A stretch of DNA of 64,000 bases from IMG/VR virus record IMGVR_UViG_3300042402_007133, one strand, 5' to 3'. A model generated the notes under the pieces. That model saw only the letters and a list, made by a program, of their open reading frames with translations. It did no database searches and was not told the DNA's origin. The stretch comes from an uncultured virus (IMG/VR IMGVR_UViG_3300042402_007133) (Duplodnaviria > Heunggongvirae > Uroviricota > Caudoviricetes). Made by a program: the position numbers and the translations under genes. Shown piece after piece: positions 10,088 to 20,372 of the stretch (the first letter of the stretch is position 1; each line of letters opens with the position of its first letter).

Positions 10088-11431
10088 TTACACACCAACA
10101 ACAGTGGTCTTGTCATCAACCAGTGTCAAATCAGATATTCCACCGCTTCTTATTATACAATTTACAATCTCACCTTTAACATTATGTGGCATGTTGTCTA
10201 TGTAGCAGTTAGAGAATCTGTTGTCAAGCGTCTTTATGTAGCAGGATTTTATCTTTGAATCGTCTATTGAATTATCAAGAACAACCTCACAGAACGATAG
10301 CTGAGAAGACGAAATCTTGCATCCAATCAGGATGCATTGATCTATTATTGAATTCTTCAGCTTGCAGTCAACCAGATCGTATGATGTAAGCGCCCATGGC
10401 TTTTTGAATACACCATCCTTTACCTGGTACCTGTGAAGGTCTATATCCAAATTGACGTGTCCGGACTTCAACCCATTCTTATATATCAGATCAAAAAGGA
10501 CGTTTCTGTATTCATCCCAGTATGTTGAGAGCAGTTGGTCTGTATTTTTTAGATCAACATACACCTCAATATCCTTGTAAAAAACAGAGAAAAGCTTGTG
10601 GTTTAGCATCCCATTTATGAACTTCTTGTGCTCCGCAAGCCTTCCTTTTATCCTTGTGAGGTTTTCTTCCGTGTAAGCACCGTTGGCAAGACAGTCATAT
10701 ATCGTTAGAGCTGCATAATCCATGCACTCAAGGATCTCAACAACCTTATCCTCATAATCCTTTCCACCAAGATACCTCATTTCAAGGTATCCGTTTGCTA
10801 GCTTTGAGAAGTTAAAGCCAAAGTACTTCTCATTTGGAACAGTAAAGCTTGATCTGTTTATTGTCTTTATGTTATCATTGAAGCTAAACAGGTTGTTTGG
10901 GAAGACATAATCTATTGATCTTGCAAAAACATTGTTTCTCCTGTTTGGAAACCTCTCAAATATGAAGTCTTCATTGAATGTTAGTATTAGTTTTAGTACA
11001 TCCAATGCAGATATGTCAATGTTATTGTTTGGCGTTGTGAACCTATTGAAGCTAATGTTTATGTGTATTCCGGCCCTATCATTAGTTTTTCCGTTCTGCT
11101 TTATCCAGTTTAGAACCTTTGCTAGGATTATCTTTGCTTCAAAAAATGGAGTAGGGCCAGTGACGAGTTCCATCATGGCCCTTCCTCCAGAAAAATCATG
11201 TTCTAACTTGTAGTTGTTATAATCAACGTTAACATCGGTATGTGCGCCAGGGACCTTTTCACCCTTTGAATTGGTCTTATATGCAGCAGTCACCCTCTTT
11301 CCTAAGAGGGATGACATTTCTGCTGCCACTGTAGGAAACTTCTTGTTAGAAAAGAACTCGAACTCGAACCCTATAAGGGCCGAGTTCAAGATCTCATTCT
11401 TATTCAGAAATTCTTTAGTTCTCTGATTCAT
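10088..11431 (-). CDS. Putative amidoligase (Amidoligase_2-like, COOH-NH2 ligase fold) with C-terminal beta-helix-like repeats
   Basis: Motifs GFEFEF, MELVTGP, TNDRAGIHINISF, KYFGFNF and YLEMRYLGG. The C-terminus has repeated short units (NSIIDQCILIGCKI...). Confidence 0.7.
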   Translation of the reverse strand: MNQRTKEFLNKNEILNSALIGFEFEFFSNKKFPTVAAEMSSLLGKRVTAAYKTNSKGEKVPGAHTDVNVDYNNYKLEHDFSGGRAMMELVTGPTPFFEAKIILAKVLNWIKQNGKTNDRAGIHINISFNRFTTPNNNIDISALDVLKLILTFNEDFIFERFPNRRNNVFARSIDYVFPNNLFSFNDNIKTINRSSFTVPNEKYFGFNFSKLANGYLEMRYLGGKDYEDKVVEILECMDYAALTIYDCLANGAYTEENLTRIKGRLAEHKKFINGMLNHKLFSVFYKDIEVYVDLKNTDQLLSTYWDEYRNVLFDLIYKNGLKSGHVNLDIDLHRYQVKDGVFKKPWALTSYDLVDCKLKNSIIDQCILIGCKISSSQLSFCEVVLDNSIDDSKIKSCYIKTLDNRFSNCYIDNMPHNVKGEIVNCIIRSGGISDLTLVDDKTTVVGV

Positions 11432-12551
11432 TTTCGTTTATTATCGTTGCAAAAACCCTGTTTCTCTTGGGTTCTACCGAACTTATCCTTATCTTTATAA
11501 TTCCACCAATCTTTAGCCTATTGTTCTGACCAAACTGGCCCTTCATTGATATTGTAGTTACAACTCCATTGAAATCTACCGTAACATATGATCCCTTAAC
11601 AGAGAGGACCTTTGCATTCACAGCTACATCGCTGTTTTCTGACTGTATTATGTTTGCTATCTCAGTGAGAATTGCTATCATGTGCTCTGTTGAGTTCTGT
11701 GTAAGTATGAAGTTCTTAGGTGGTATTATGTCTCTTACCCAGATATTGATCTTATCACCTGGACGAACTTGGCCTGTTTTGAACAGGGCCAATGTTGTTT
11801 GATCCATGTCTGTGTGTGAAAGAAGACCCGTCATTATCTCGTTGAATTCAATGAATATTCCAGACTGTATTGTTCCTGTTACAGTTCCTTCATACATCAC
11901 TGACATATCAAACTTTTCAATCAATGTTGGCATGATGTGTTCAATGTATCGCTTGTTTGATACTATGAATGTATCGCTCTCATTGACGTATGAATCCAAC
12001 ATGACCTTTACTGTCTTTCCAAGGAATGCCTCAAAGTTTATGATCTTGTTTGCACTTGCAAGAGATCCAGGAAGAAACGCATCAACGCCATGTATGTTCA
12101 CAAAATAGCCACCGCGATTCTTCTCCATGATCTTTGCTTCATAGACCTTCGATGGAGTCTTAAGCTGTTCAAAAAATTCCTTGCGAAGAACATCTTTCTG
12201 TGCTTCGGAGAAGCTTCCTCTGAGTCCAGACTCTGTTGAAACCACCTTAACATAGTATGGGTTGTTCTGTGATATAGAACCAACCAGTTCTTCTGCAGTC
12301 ATTGAAATGCTCTTTAGAAAATCTTTCTCCTTACTCATCTTGACCATTATAGAAGGAGAGAAAGGTCCAGAAACAACAAGCATGTTATCAGAAAGAAGCG
12401 TTGCAGAATTTATCTGGAACACTTGCCCAGCTGAGACAGTCTTGCTAACCTCTTCGCTTGAATTTTTTGACACCATGTCAAAGTATGTTGCATCATCGAC
12501 AGGATGCTGAAAATTCTCAAAGATTGAGAAGACGTTTGAATTGAAAATCAT
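11415..12551 (-). CDS. rpsA: Ribosomal protein bS1-like protein (tandem S1 OB-fold domains)
   Basis: 378 aa. KIMEKNRGGYFVNIHGVDAFLPGS...IVSNKR and YEGTVTGTIQSGIFIEFNEIMTGLLSHTDM...RPGDKINIWV match successive bS1 domains, with a further OB domain at the C-terminus. Confidence 0.8.
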   Translation of the reverse strand: MIFNSNVFSIFENFQHPVDDATYFDMVSKNSSEEVSKTVSAGQVFQINSATLLSDNMLVVSGPFSPSIMVKMSKEKDFLKSISMTAEELVGSISQNNPYYVKVVSTESGLRGSFSEAQKDVLRKEFFEQLKTPSKVYEAKIMEKNRGGYFVNIHGVDAFLPGSLASANKIINFEAFLGKTVKVMLDSYVNESDTFIVSNKRYIEHIMPTLIEKFDMSVMYEGTVTGTIQSGIFIEFNEIMTGLLSHTDMDQTTLALFKTGQVRPGDKINIWVRDIIPPKNFILTQNSTEHMIAILTEIANIIQSENSDVAVNAKVLSVKGSYVTVDFNGVVTTISMKGQFGQNNRLKIGGIIKIRISSVEPKRNRVFATIINENESEN

Positions 12552-12585
12552 GAAATCCTCATAATTAAAAGTTGATCAAATATTG

Positions 12586-12594
12586 CTATATATC
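12586..12594 (-). promoter_or_regulatory. Putative late promoter motif GATATATAG
   Basis: Intergenic, upstream of the S1-amidoligase-gp6 genes. Confidence 0.65.
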
Positions 12595-12613
12595 GTCATT
12601 TTGTTGTCATAAA

Positions 12614-15316
12614 TTAGATGGGCCCAAATATACTCTCAGGGAGAAATCCACCTACATACTTTCCAGATTTGCACCACTTCCATAAAAAGAAGAGAAGCGG
12701 TATGTTTAGGATGGACAGCCTCTCCCATGGAGGGAGTTCATCATTGAATATTGGTAGAGAGGCGCTGAACTGCGGACTTATCTCTGTGGGAAAACCAAAC
12801 TGGATTGCCCTTGGAGACAGGTCTGCTGCCAGTGCCTTCAATGATCCTAGAGCAAGAGAGTATGAGGAAAGAAGAACAGGCAGATTTATCAATCCAAGGT
12901 CTATTGTAGGAACACTTATTTTATCAATCAAATCTCTAAGGGTTTTTACTGTTTCATTGTATTGATCTTCAAGTTGTTGTATCTCTTGAAGTTTTTGTTC
13001 ATATGCCTGTTTTCCATTTTCTATTATGGCTTTTACTGTCTGTTCGGCGTTTTCTTTCAATGCATTTGCCCGTGCCTCTGCATCAAATGTTATTTCTGAT
13101 GCAAACCTTCTTGCATCTTCTATCATATTCTGTGCATCGTTTACCTTTTGCTGAACTTCTCTTGTTATTGAGAGGGTTACAGCAGAAAGCAGGTTTGCAT
13201 CCTGGTACCTTCTTCTTGCATTATCAATCATCATTTGACCGTTTTCTTGTGCCTGTCTTATTGCAGCCTCAGCGGTCTGTTTGGCAGACTGCACTGTTTG
13301 TGTGGCCTGATTCTTTGCATTTTCTATTATTGAATTGATGTCCCTTTGTGAAAATGCAAGGTATCTTTGGGCAGAGTTTTGGACCTGCTCCAGCTGATTT
13401 TGCACCTCAGTTATAAGTGCATTAACATCGACGCTGATGCCATTCCTGAAGTTTTCAAGTAGCGCACTAAGGATTCCAAAAACAAGATCAAAGCTTGGAA
13501 GAGTTGCAGGAGGAAGAGGCTCGTGGTTGCTTATGTTGACAGGCCCTCCTATTGCAGCAGCAAAATAAGGGTTGTTTGATTGAAACGGCCCTACAGGTAC
13601 AGGAAGAAAGTGTTGTAGAAAAAGATACGGACATGGAAGTATACCGCACTGACCTATGAAAAGCACCGCTATAAGTTTGTCCGTAGGGGCAACAAATATT
13701 GGAAACCATATTATCGGAAACGGAATTCTTATCAACCCGCTTGGTGTTGGTATCAAGAGGCCGATAGGCCAATGAACTGGGACGAGATTTACCAATGTTG
13801 CAAGAGATGAAAACTTCAGCCACCAGGAGTAATCAAATATTGTTGGGTTTTTGCTGACATTCTTGAAGTTGAGATCCTTTCCTGCCTCTACCTTTGCTGG
13901 AACCTCCTTTGACTTGCAATTCATGTTTGCCAGCTCTGACGATATCTCCTTGTTTATGTTATCGATGTCTTCCTGTGCCTTTCTTTCCTTCTCCTTCAGA
14001 TCAAGGTACTTCTTTGATATCTCCTCCTGCTTTGCCTTATTTTCATTTGCAATATCCAAGAAATCAGGCTCTATTGCCTCTTTTTCAAGAAACTGATTGA
14101 GGCCAAATGCAAATGAGTATTTCTCAACAGAAGCAACTGTTGATAGGAAGGCATCGTCTAGATCCTTTTCAGTTTTCTTGGCCTGCTCTGTTATCTTTGC
14201 CGCAGAGTCCGTAGAATCTTTTTGAGCCGTATCAAGATACCTTAGCAATTCATCTGGTATGTCTTTAACTTTGCCAGAGAGTGGTGTTTTTTCCTTGTTT
14301 ATCTTTATCAGAGGTGATGATTGGAAAAGACCAAGAAATCCGCTTTCTATCTCTATATCGAACTGGTTGCTGAATCCAAAGATGATCTCTTCCATCTTTT
14401 CCTGCACATCTGATCTATCCGATGCAAATGCGTAGTCTTTGTTTATTGTTGAAAGAATCTTCTGTATCTCTGCTGCTCTTTCCTTTGACTTCTGATCTGT
14501 CGAAGATGATACATCATTTAGTTCGTCTTTAAGCCTGTTTACTTCTCCGTAACCGTTGAGGAACGCTTGGTAGTATGAATTGACTATTGTCTCATAGTAA
14601 TAGTCCAGCTGTATCTCTTGGATCTTGTTCTTTACGTCCGTGTACGTGTTGACTTTTTCCTGGACCTTCTTCGCAATGTCCTTCATCTTTGCTATGCAGT
14701 CAGGGCCGTTCTTTGGGAATATGTCTGATTCGACAGAATTTTTTGCTTCCTGCAGAAGCTGATTAAATGAATCATCTGATGGTTCAGGAAGAAAAGAATC
14801 ATCTAGTTGAAGGTCCTCTGTTGGAAATGTTGTGGAAACTTCCTGTATTGTTGCCACCTTTTCTGGAACTGGTGGTGTTGGTTCACAAGCAGCATCAATC
14901 AGTTCCTTTTCTGAAAACTCTGGAGTCTCTGTTGTTTGTTGTGGAACGCACACATCTGCAAGATCTATCTCTATCGGCCTAAACTCTTGGCCAGGATCAA
15001 CGATAACAGGTTCTTCTATTGCCTTTGCAAGCTCATCGACAGTAAAATCCTGTTGCATCCTTTGAAGAACCTGTTCTATGTCCAGAAGCGAAGGTTTCAA
15101 GAGCTCTTCATCTATCTCCTCAAGGCCGTTCTCCTTGAGTATAGCATTCAGCTGTTGGATGTTGGAAAGAGACGGCTCTTCAAAATCTATGAACTGTATG
15201 CCATCAAGTGTCTTTGTCTTTGTATTTTTCCTTATCTGTCGTATGACAGGCTGAACATCACTTGATAGCTTGAATATGGAATTGAACCACCCTATTATTT
15301 GTTGAAAGTCTATCAC
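12614..15316 (-). CDS. Hypothetical 900-aa protein: acidic coiled-coil region, Pro-rich hydrophobic segment, Ala/Gln-rich helical region
   Basis: Long ORF directly downstream of the gp5-like gene. No family recognised. Confidence 0.5.
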   Translation of the reverse strand: MIDFQQIIGWFNSIFKLSSDVQPVIRQIRKNTKTKTLDGIQFIDFEEPSLSNIQQLNAILKENGLEEIDEELLKPSLLDIEQVLQRMQQDFTVDELAKAIEEPVIVDPGQEFRPIEIDLADVCVPQQTTETPEFSEKELIDAACEPTPPVPEKVATIQEVSTTFPTEDLQLDDSFLPEPSDDSFNQLLQEAKNSVESDIFPKNGPDCIAKMKDIAKKVQEKVNTYTDVKNKIQEIQLDYYYETIVNSYYQAFLNGYGEVNRLKDELNDVSSSTDQKSKERAAEIQKILSTINKDYAFASDRSDVQEKMEEIIFGFSNQFDIEIESGFLGLFQSSPLIKINKEKTPLSGKVKDIPDELLRYLDTAQKDSTDSAAKITEQAKKTEKDLDDAFLSTVASVEKYSFAFGLNQFLEKEAIEPDFLDIANENKAKQEEISKKYLDLKEKERKAQEDIDNINKEISSELANMNCKSKEVPAKVEAGKDLNFKNVSKNPTIFDYSWWLKFSSLATLVNLVPVHWPIGLLIPTPSGLIRIPFPIIWFPIFVAPTDKLIAVLFIGQCGILPCPYLFLQHFLPVPVGPFQSNNPYFAAAIGGPVNISNHEPLPPATLPSFDLVFGILSALLENFRNGISVDVNALITEVQNQLEQVQNSAQRYLAFSQRDINSIIENAKNQATQTVQSAKQTAEAAIRQAQENGQMMIDNARRRYQDANLLSAVTLSITREVQQKVNDAQNMIEDARRFASEITFDAEARANALKENAEQTVKAIIENGKQAYEQKLQEIQQLEDQYNETVKTLRDLIDKISVPTIDLGLINLPVLLSSYSLALGSLKALAADLSPRAIQFGFPTEISPQFSASLPIFNDELPPWERLSILNIPLLFFLWKWCKSGKYVGGFLPESIFGPI

Positions 15317-15326
15317 TTTTAGGGCC

Positions 15327-16055
15327 TTATGCTGTTGTTTTTACAGTCTTTGATAGTGCAGATCTTGCCTGTTGCATTGTTGCTGTGGCCACGCCAGGAG
15401 ATGGAGGCCATTTCAAATCAACTGTTGCTGCCAATGTATCCAAAGCAGCAAGCAAGACTTCTCCTAAAAGAACAGAAAACTCAGGTGATGTTCCAAGTTC
15501 TGTAAGGCCACCATTTACATGGACATTTGGAGAATTGACTTCAACCTTGCTTCTTGCATTTACAGTTATCTGACCTGCCTTAAGTTCTATGTTTGACTGA
15601 CTTTCCTTGTGGTCTATAAGTATCGATTGATCTGGGTTTATTGATATGCTGCTGTCTTTGTAATAAACCTGCATCCCATTCGAAGGGGTAAACCATATCT
15701 TGAGGTCCTGGTCTTCGTCGTAAACTATTACGTGTGAGTCTTGGTATGTTTCTGATAGCTCCCTTCTGAGTTTATCATTCAGATGTATGACCGAACACCA
15801 AACAGGGTTGTGTATGTCCTCATTCATGAACATAACCTTCACAGCAGTCCCGGGTTTTGGAATTGATATGCTTCCTCCACCTTTGCTTTCACCACCAGCA
15901 AAGACGTTGCTGCCTTGGTAAAAGGACCAGGGAAGGTCTTCATTAGAAACATTATCATACACTCCAAGCACTCGCACTTTGCAACGACCAAGTCTTTCTG
16001 GATCGTTGGAATCTATGACAAATCCAACGTAGTCCTTTTTAAGATCCAAAGTCAT
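15327..16055 (-). CDS. gp5: Baseplate central spike protein (gp5/VgrG-type OB-fold, no lysozyme domain)
   Basis: N-terminal VIDSNDPERLGRCKVRVLGVYD...LPW...SIPKPGTAVKVMFMNEDIHNPV is the gp5/VgrG OB-fold signature, followed by a beta-rich region. Confidence 0.85.
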   Translation of the reverse strand: MTLDLKKDYVGFVIDSNDPERLGRCKVRVLGVYDNVSNEDLPWSFYQGSNVFAGGESKGGGSISIPKPGTAVKVMFMNEDIHNPVWCSVIHLNDKLRRELSETYQDSHVIVYDEDQDLKIWFTPSNGMQVYYKDSSISINPDQSILIDHKESQSNIELKAGQITVNARSKVEVNSPNVHVNGGLTELGTSPEFSVLLGEVLLAALDTLAATVDLKWPPSPGVATATMQQARSALSKTVKTTA

Positions 16056-17703
16056 CTTCTACCTTAGGTTTTTCAAATGCTATGTTGTTTGGAACGTCAT
16101 CTAGCACGGTTGGCTTCACAAATGCTATGTTATTATCCACACCTGTTGCAACCGAAGGCCTTCCAAAGGTAATAGTTTGGTCTATTGTTGTTTCAACAGT
16201 CGGCCTTTCAAACTGAATGTTTTGGTCCAGTGTTGTTGCGACAGTTGGTGCAATGAAACCGACATTGTTATCAAGCCCTGTTTGAACAGTTGGTGCCATG
16301 AGGTCTACACCACTTCCTTGGTCTGTGTTTACTGTTGGAGCAGTAAGGTTAACAGAGTTGGAAAGTTCTGTCTGGACGGTTGGCTTTGTGAGCCCAACAT
16401 TATCATCAATTTCTGTTGCAACCCCTGGCTTTAGCAGGGAAAAGTCAGAGAGCTCAGTCTCGACCTTTGGTTTTCTAAAATCTATTTGGTTTGCCACTTC
16501 ATCTCCTATTGTTGTTCCATCTCCTGCTACATTTGGGGGTTCAAGATTTACTGATTCTGATATGTCTGTGTTAACAGTCGGACGCCCAAAATCTATAAGG
16601 GATGGATTTTCTGTTATGTTTGCTGTCTGTATGGATGTTTGTAAAAGCGATGTTGCCAGCGAAGCAAGTTCTGCTTGTTTTGTGATTCCATCTAGTTGTT
16701 GATTGTTTAATCTATTGCGATCTGGATAAGGAAGAGAAGCTATCCTATCTCCGGTTATAAATGTCAATCTATTGAGAAAATTCTGTGATACATTTCTACT
16801 TAAATCCAGTAGGACCTGGTTGTAGTTTCCTTCATAAGATCTTATGAAAGGTGCAAGGAGAGATCGGTAGTTTGTTATATCAGCACCCTGATTCAGTTCA
16901 GCACCGCTTCCGCCCTGTTTTATGACAAAATCCCTCTTTATCTCACCAAGCATGTAATTCAAAAGAAGGTAAGAATTTGTCTCTTGCACCCTATGGACCT
17001 TTATCCCAAACGACGGTGCCAGCTGCACTGGTGCCTCAGATGCATCCAATGCCGATGGGATTATTCCAGAAAAGTCAAATTCACAGTCAAGGCACCTGAA
17101 TGCAACGGAAGATACATGGTTCAGCCAATCCGTTGTGTTTGATTCTACAAACGTCCTTAGGTTTCTTGCTTCTCCGATGAGAATTGTCATGTTGAACCTC
17201 TTCTTGTCCATCGTCAAGAGGTCTCTAAAGTATCTTCTATCCCTTGTTGCCTTTCTGTAAAGATCTGCAAGGGCTGTTATTCTTAGATCAACCGTTTCAT
17301 AACAGCTTATTGTGAGATCAACTGGAGCGCTTTGTGTTGATGATCCATCTGCGTTTGGATATCCCCATTTCCATAAGTTGTCTATTCCGGTCAAATTCTT
17401 AAAGAACCAAGGGAAGTCGTTTGTTATTCTTCCCAAAAGCCATGTAAACTCCTTTAGTGCCTCTGCTCTTTCTAGCTCTCCCATCCTTCTGAGATAGCTT
17501 ACAGCGCTTTCGTCTCTTGACTCGTTCAGTAGAAGACCTTGCATGACTTCATCGTTTGATACTATTGGCTCGAAATCAAACAGTATCCTAAACGTTACAA
17601 AGGACGGATCATTGTACTTGAGCTTCTGTTCATTGGGATTTCCGGAAGATTCATAAACGAACTTCCGATCCAAACGACCTACACTGAAAAGACTGCTGCT
17701 CAT
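16039..17703 (-). CDS. Putative tail-tube-fold baseplate protein (gp54/gp48-like) with C-terminal 15-aa repeats
   Basis: DLTISCYETVDLRITALADLYRKA...KRFNMTILIGE...FRCLDCEFDF resembles tube-fold proteins. Located in the baseplate cluster. Confidence 0.5.
   Translation of the reverse strand: MSSSLFSVGRLDRKFVYESSGNPNEQKLKYNDPSFVTFRILFDFEPIVSNDEVMQGLLLNESRDESAVSYLRRMGELERAEALKEFTWLLGRITNDFPWFFKNLTGIDNLWKWGYPNADGSSTQSAPVDLTISCYETVDLRITALADLYRKATRDRRYFRDLLTMDKKRFNMTILIGEARNLRTFVESNTTDWLNHVSSVAFRCLDCEFDFSGIIPSALDASEAPVQLAPSFGIKVHRVQETNSYLLLNYMLGEIKRDFVIKQGGSGAELNQGADITNYRSLLAPFIRSYEGNYNQVLLDLSRNVSQNFLNRLTFITGDRIASLPYPDRNRLNNQQLDGITKQAELASLATSLLQTSIQTANITENPSLIDFGRPTVNTDISESVNLEPPNVAGDGTTIGDEVANQIDFRKPKVETELSDFSLLKPGVATEIDDNVGLTKPTVQTELSNSVNLTAPTVNTDQGSGVDLMAPTVQTGLDNNVGFIAPTVATTLDQNIQFERPTVETTIDQTITFGRPSVATGVDNNIAFVKPTVLDDVPNNIAFEKPKVEDDFGS
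16042..16596 (-). repeat. About 12 imperfect 15-aa (45-nt) repeats, consensus (I/V)x(F/L)xxPTVxTx(L/I)Dxx
   Basis: Visible in the translation: VGLTKPTVQTELSNS, VNLTAPTVNTDQGSG, VDLMAPTVQTGLDNN, VGFIAPTVATTLDQN, IQFERPTVETTIDQT, ITFGRPSVATGVDNN. Confidence 0.9.
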
Positions 17704-18935
17704 TGATCCTGAAATTTTGTTATGAGTGCAGCGTCTGGCGTGTGTTCTGGGTTTGGAATTGCCATGTTTGACCTCTGCTGCGCCTCATCCCAGACAAAGT
17801 CGTCAAAGCCTAGCTCAACAAACCTGTCATGTATTGCCTTGTCATAGTATGATGATATGTATCTCACTGCACGCTGTATCTCTGGCCTTCTAGGCTCTTG
17901 TGTGTTGTTTCCTCCACTGTTCATGTACTGAAGGTAGCACAAGCGTGGGACATGTATCATCCTAGTGTTTAAGAAGCTTCTTACAACGAGTTCATAATCA
18001 TCAGCTATGTGGAGCTTTGGGTTGTGTCCTCCTATGCTGAAGTAGAATTCAGACTCCCATGCTCTTATGTGGTTTGGTGCTGCAACAATGTGTCGTATGG
18101 TCTTTGGGTTTATCGGAGCGGTCTCACATGTGTACACTGCACCGTTATAGTGTGCGTCATAGTGTCTTCCGTAGCCAAAGCCCCAGAACGATCCATAGTT
18201 TACACATCCGCCGGTCTCAAACACTTCTGATGCATCCGTGTAAAGAAACTTTCCTTCTGGATATTCATTGAACCCCGAAACAACGTGGTCAAGGGCCCAA
18301 AATGTTAGAACATCATCGTGGTCAAGCTCAACGAGGTACTTCCCTGTGCACAGACCCGCTGCATATCTCTTGACCTCTCCTATCATTCCACTTGGCCTGC
18401 TGCCCTTGAAGACCTTTATCCTATGGTCCTGCTGTGCAAGCTCAAGAAGCATGTCATACGTCTTTCCGCCATCATTAGAGTCATCATAGAGCACCCATTC
18501 CCAGTTCTTGTGCCTCTGTGCCTGAAGGGATGAAAACACCCGATATATCCTGTTTCCTGTTCTATACGTAGGAGTGAAACAGCTGACAAGAGGATCTGCC
18601 ATGTTCTTCTCAACATTCAATGTTGAATCTATGAAACACGTGTATGCATTGTCTCCGATTAACGTATCTTCTGTGTACTCATCGACATGTATCCACTTCC
18701 TTCTTATGCCATATGGCGCATTGAACAGCTGGGCATAATCTGAGCTGTTTCCTGTCGTTATGAAAACCGACGGGTTTATCTTGTTTATTATGCCATTCAG
18801 ATCATCTTTATCAGAAAAGTAGTGGCATTCAAAATCATGGGACTCCCAGTCTATGTAATTACTAGACTTGAGCTTTATGTCCTGGATCTTTGATGGATCC
18901 TTTGAAAATATTGCAACAACTGGTGTTATTGGCAC
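17700..18935 (-). CDS. Glycosyltransferase family 2 (GT-A) with N-terminal extension
   Basis: Motifs PLVSCFTPTYR, WEWVLYDDS, GKYLVELDHDD (DxD) and ADDYELVVR. GTG start. Confidence 0.9.
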   Translation of the reverse strand: MPITPVVAIFSKDPSKIQDIKLKSSNYIDWESHDFECHYFSDKDDLNGIINKINPSVFITTGNSSDYAQLFNAPYGIRRKWIHVDEYTEDTLIGDNAYTCFIDSTLNVEKNMADPLVSCFTPTYRTGNRIYRVFSSLQAQRHKNWEWVLYDDSNDGGKTYDMLLELAQQDHRIKVFKGSRPSGMIGEVKRYAAGLCTGKYLVELDHDDVLTFWALDHVVSGFNEYPEGKFLYTDASEVFETGGCVNYGSFWGFGYGRHYDAHYNGAVYTCETAPINPKTIRHIVAAPNHIRAWESEFYFSIGGHNPKLHIADDYELVVRSFLNTRMIHVPRLCYLQYMNSGGNNTQEPRRPEIQRAVRYISSYYDKAIHDRFVELGFDDFVWDEAQQRSNMAIPNPEHTPDAALITKFQDQ

Positions 18936-18955
18936 GGCTTTATTCCTTTATTAGT

Positions 18956-20371
18956 TTATTGTCTTGCTGATGATGAGACCCACTCTCTCTTTGATAGGTA
19001 TATCACCTGGGAGAAACCTACCTGTTGGCCCGGGTCGTATACTATCTTGTGTCCCTTGACGTAGTAGAAATCACTGAGAAATGAATTCAGAACTGAGTGT
19101 GTCCTGTCTGTCATCATGTACTTTGGATCCGTTGTGGTCAAGGAATCGATGTTATCTCCGTAGTTGAATAATAGTACTGGAACCCTTTGACCCCTGTGTA
19201 TGAACAGATTAGGGTTCATGAGGTTGGCTTCCAGCATGATCTTTTCTATCTCCATTAGATTGAACGTGTTTAACATTTCAGCAAAGTTGTAGTTCTTATG
19301 AACGTTCCCAATTGGAGATGAGTACTGCATACCAAGCCATGTCCTTGAAGGCTGCAATCCTGTGCCAAAATTGAGATACACTGGCGTCACATTCTGTGGA
19401 GCATCCGCAGTAGACAATGGTGTTACTTTATCAAGAACCACAGTCTTTGAAGGAAAATCATACATTGAATAGTCCTTTGCGACGCCTTCTTTGTATGTTA
19501 TCAATGATGCATTATTGATGACATTGAATCGTGATATGTAGTTGTTGAACGACATGGTCCTCAGATCATTTGTCAATGCAAAAACATCGAGCTCCTTTTC
19601 AAACGTTGAATTTTTGCTTGGCACTCGAATGTTTAGATCACTTATAACTCCCGGCTGACCATCTGGCGCATACGTGAACTGTCTGTTGACGTTTACAACG
19701 TTGAGGTTATAGTAGAAGTCTACGAATGTAGTAAAGAAGCTGTTTTCATCCTGCCACATATGCCGCGTGACATTGTTGATGAAATTCTCATAGTTTCCGA
19801 CCGTCATCCACTTCATGCTGTCATCGGTTCCATCAATGTTTGATGCAAAGCCTATCTCAAGCTCCTCACATACCTTCTTCAAAACATCGTAGCTTGTTCC
19901 TGTCAAAGAAAAGGTCTTCTGGGAATAGAAGTTTGGAACATACAGTCTTGCAGTTATCCTTAAAAATGATTCTCCTACATCGCCCTGGTATTGGCTTCCG
20001 ATGTAATCAACTGTGACAACTTGGTAATCATTTCTTATTGGTTTGATGTTATCATTAGGAGACCTCAGGAATATTGATACTATATCACCTGCCCTAGGAA
20101 ATATCCTCTTGAAGAAATCTGCCTTTCCACCCATAAGGCTCATTGTCATGAACAGCTTTGGCATGAATCCCATGCAGTCTATCTCAAGACGGCCTAGCAA
20201 ACTTGCAGGAACTTCCTTTCCATTTATCACGACATACGGATACGCCTGTCCGACAAGAGAAGCTGTGTAACCCTGAGGACCACCAGTTCCTAACTTCTCA
20301 GATGGAGCAGAAAGCGTGACTAGGTTGAGTTTTGCCTTTACCCGTTCTTTTATGTTTACCTGTTCTAACAA
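18956..20371 (-). CDS. Putative baseplate hub protein (gp27/late control D-like)
   Basis: 471 aa, downstream of the gp53-like gene. Contains TSYDVLKKVCEELEIGFASN, FVDFYYNLNVVNVN and LSDFYYVKGHKIVY, which fit a hub architecture. Confidence 0.6.
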   Translation of the reverse strand: MLEQVNIKERVKAKLNLVTLSAPSEKLGTGGPQGYTASLVGQAYPYVVINGKEVPASLLGRLEIDCMGFMPKLFMTMSLMGGKADFFKRIFPRAGDIVSIFLRSPNDNIKPIRNDYQVVTVDYIGSQYQGDVGESFLRITARLYVPNFYSQKTFSLTGTSYDVLKKVCEELEIGFASNIDGTDDSMKWMTVGNYENFINNVTRHMWQDENSFFTTFVDFYYNLNVVNVNRQFTYAPDGQPGVISDLNIRVPSKNSTFEKELDVFALTNDLRTMSFNNYISRFNVINNASLITYKEGVAKDYSMYDFPSKTVVLDKVTPLSTADAPQNVTPVYLNFGTGLQPSRTWLGMQYSSPIGNVHKNYNFAEMLNTFNLMEIEKIMLEANLMNPNLFIHRGQRVPVLLFNYGDNIDSLTTTDPKYMMTDRTHSVLNSFLSDFYYVKGHKIVYDPGQQVGFSQVIYLSKREWVSSSARQ

Positions 20372-20372
20372 A

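Noticed and set aside
11415..12551. Host chromosomal rpsA from a chimeric assembly
   Set aside because: It is shorter and more divergent than a six-domain bS1, overlaps a phage gene, and carries the phage upstream motif.
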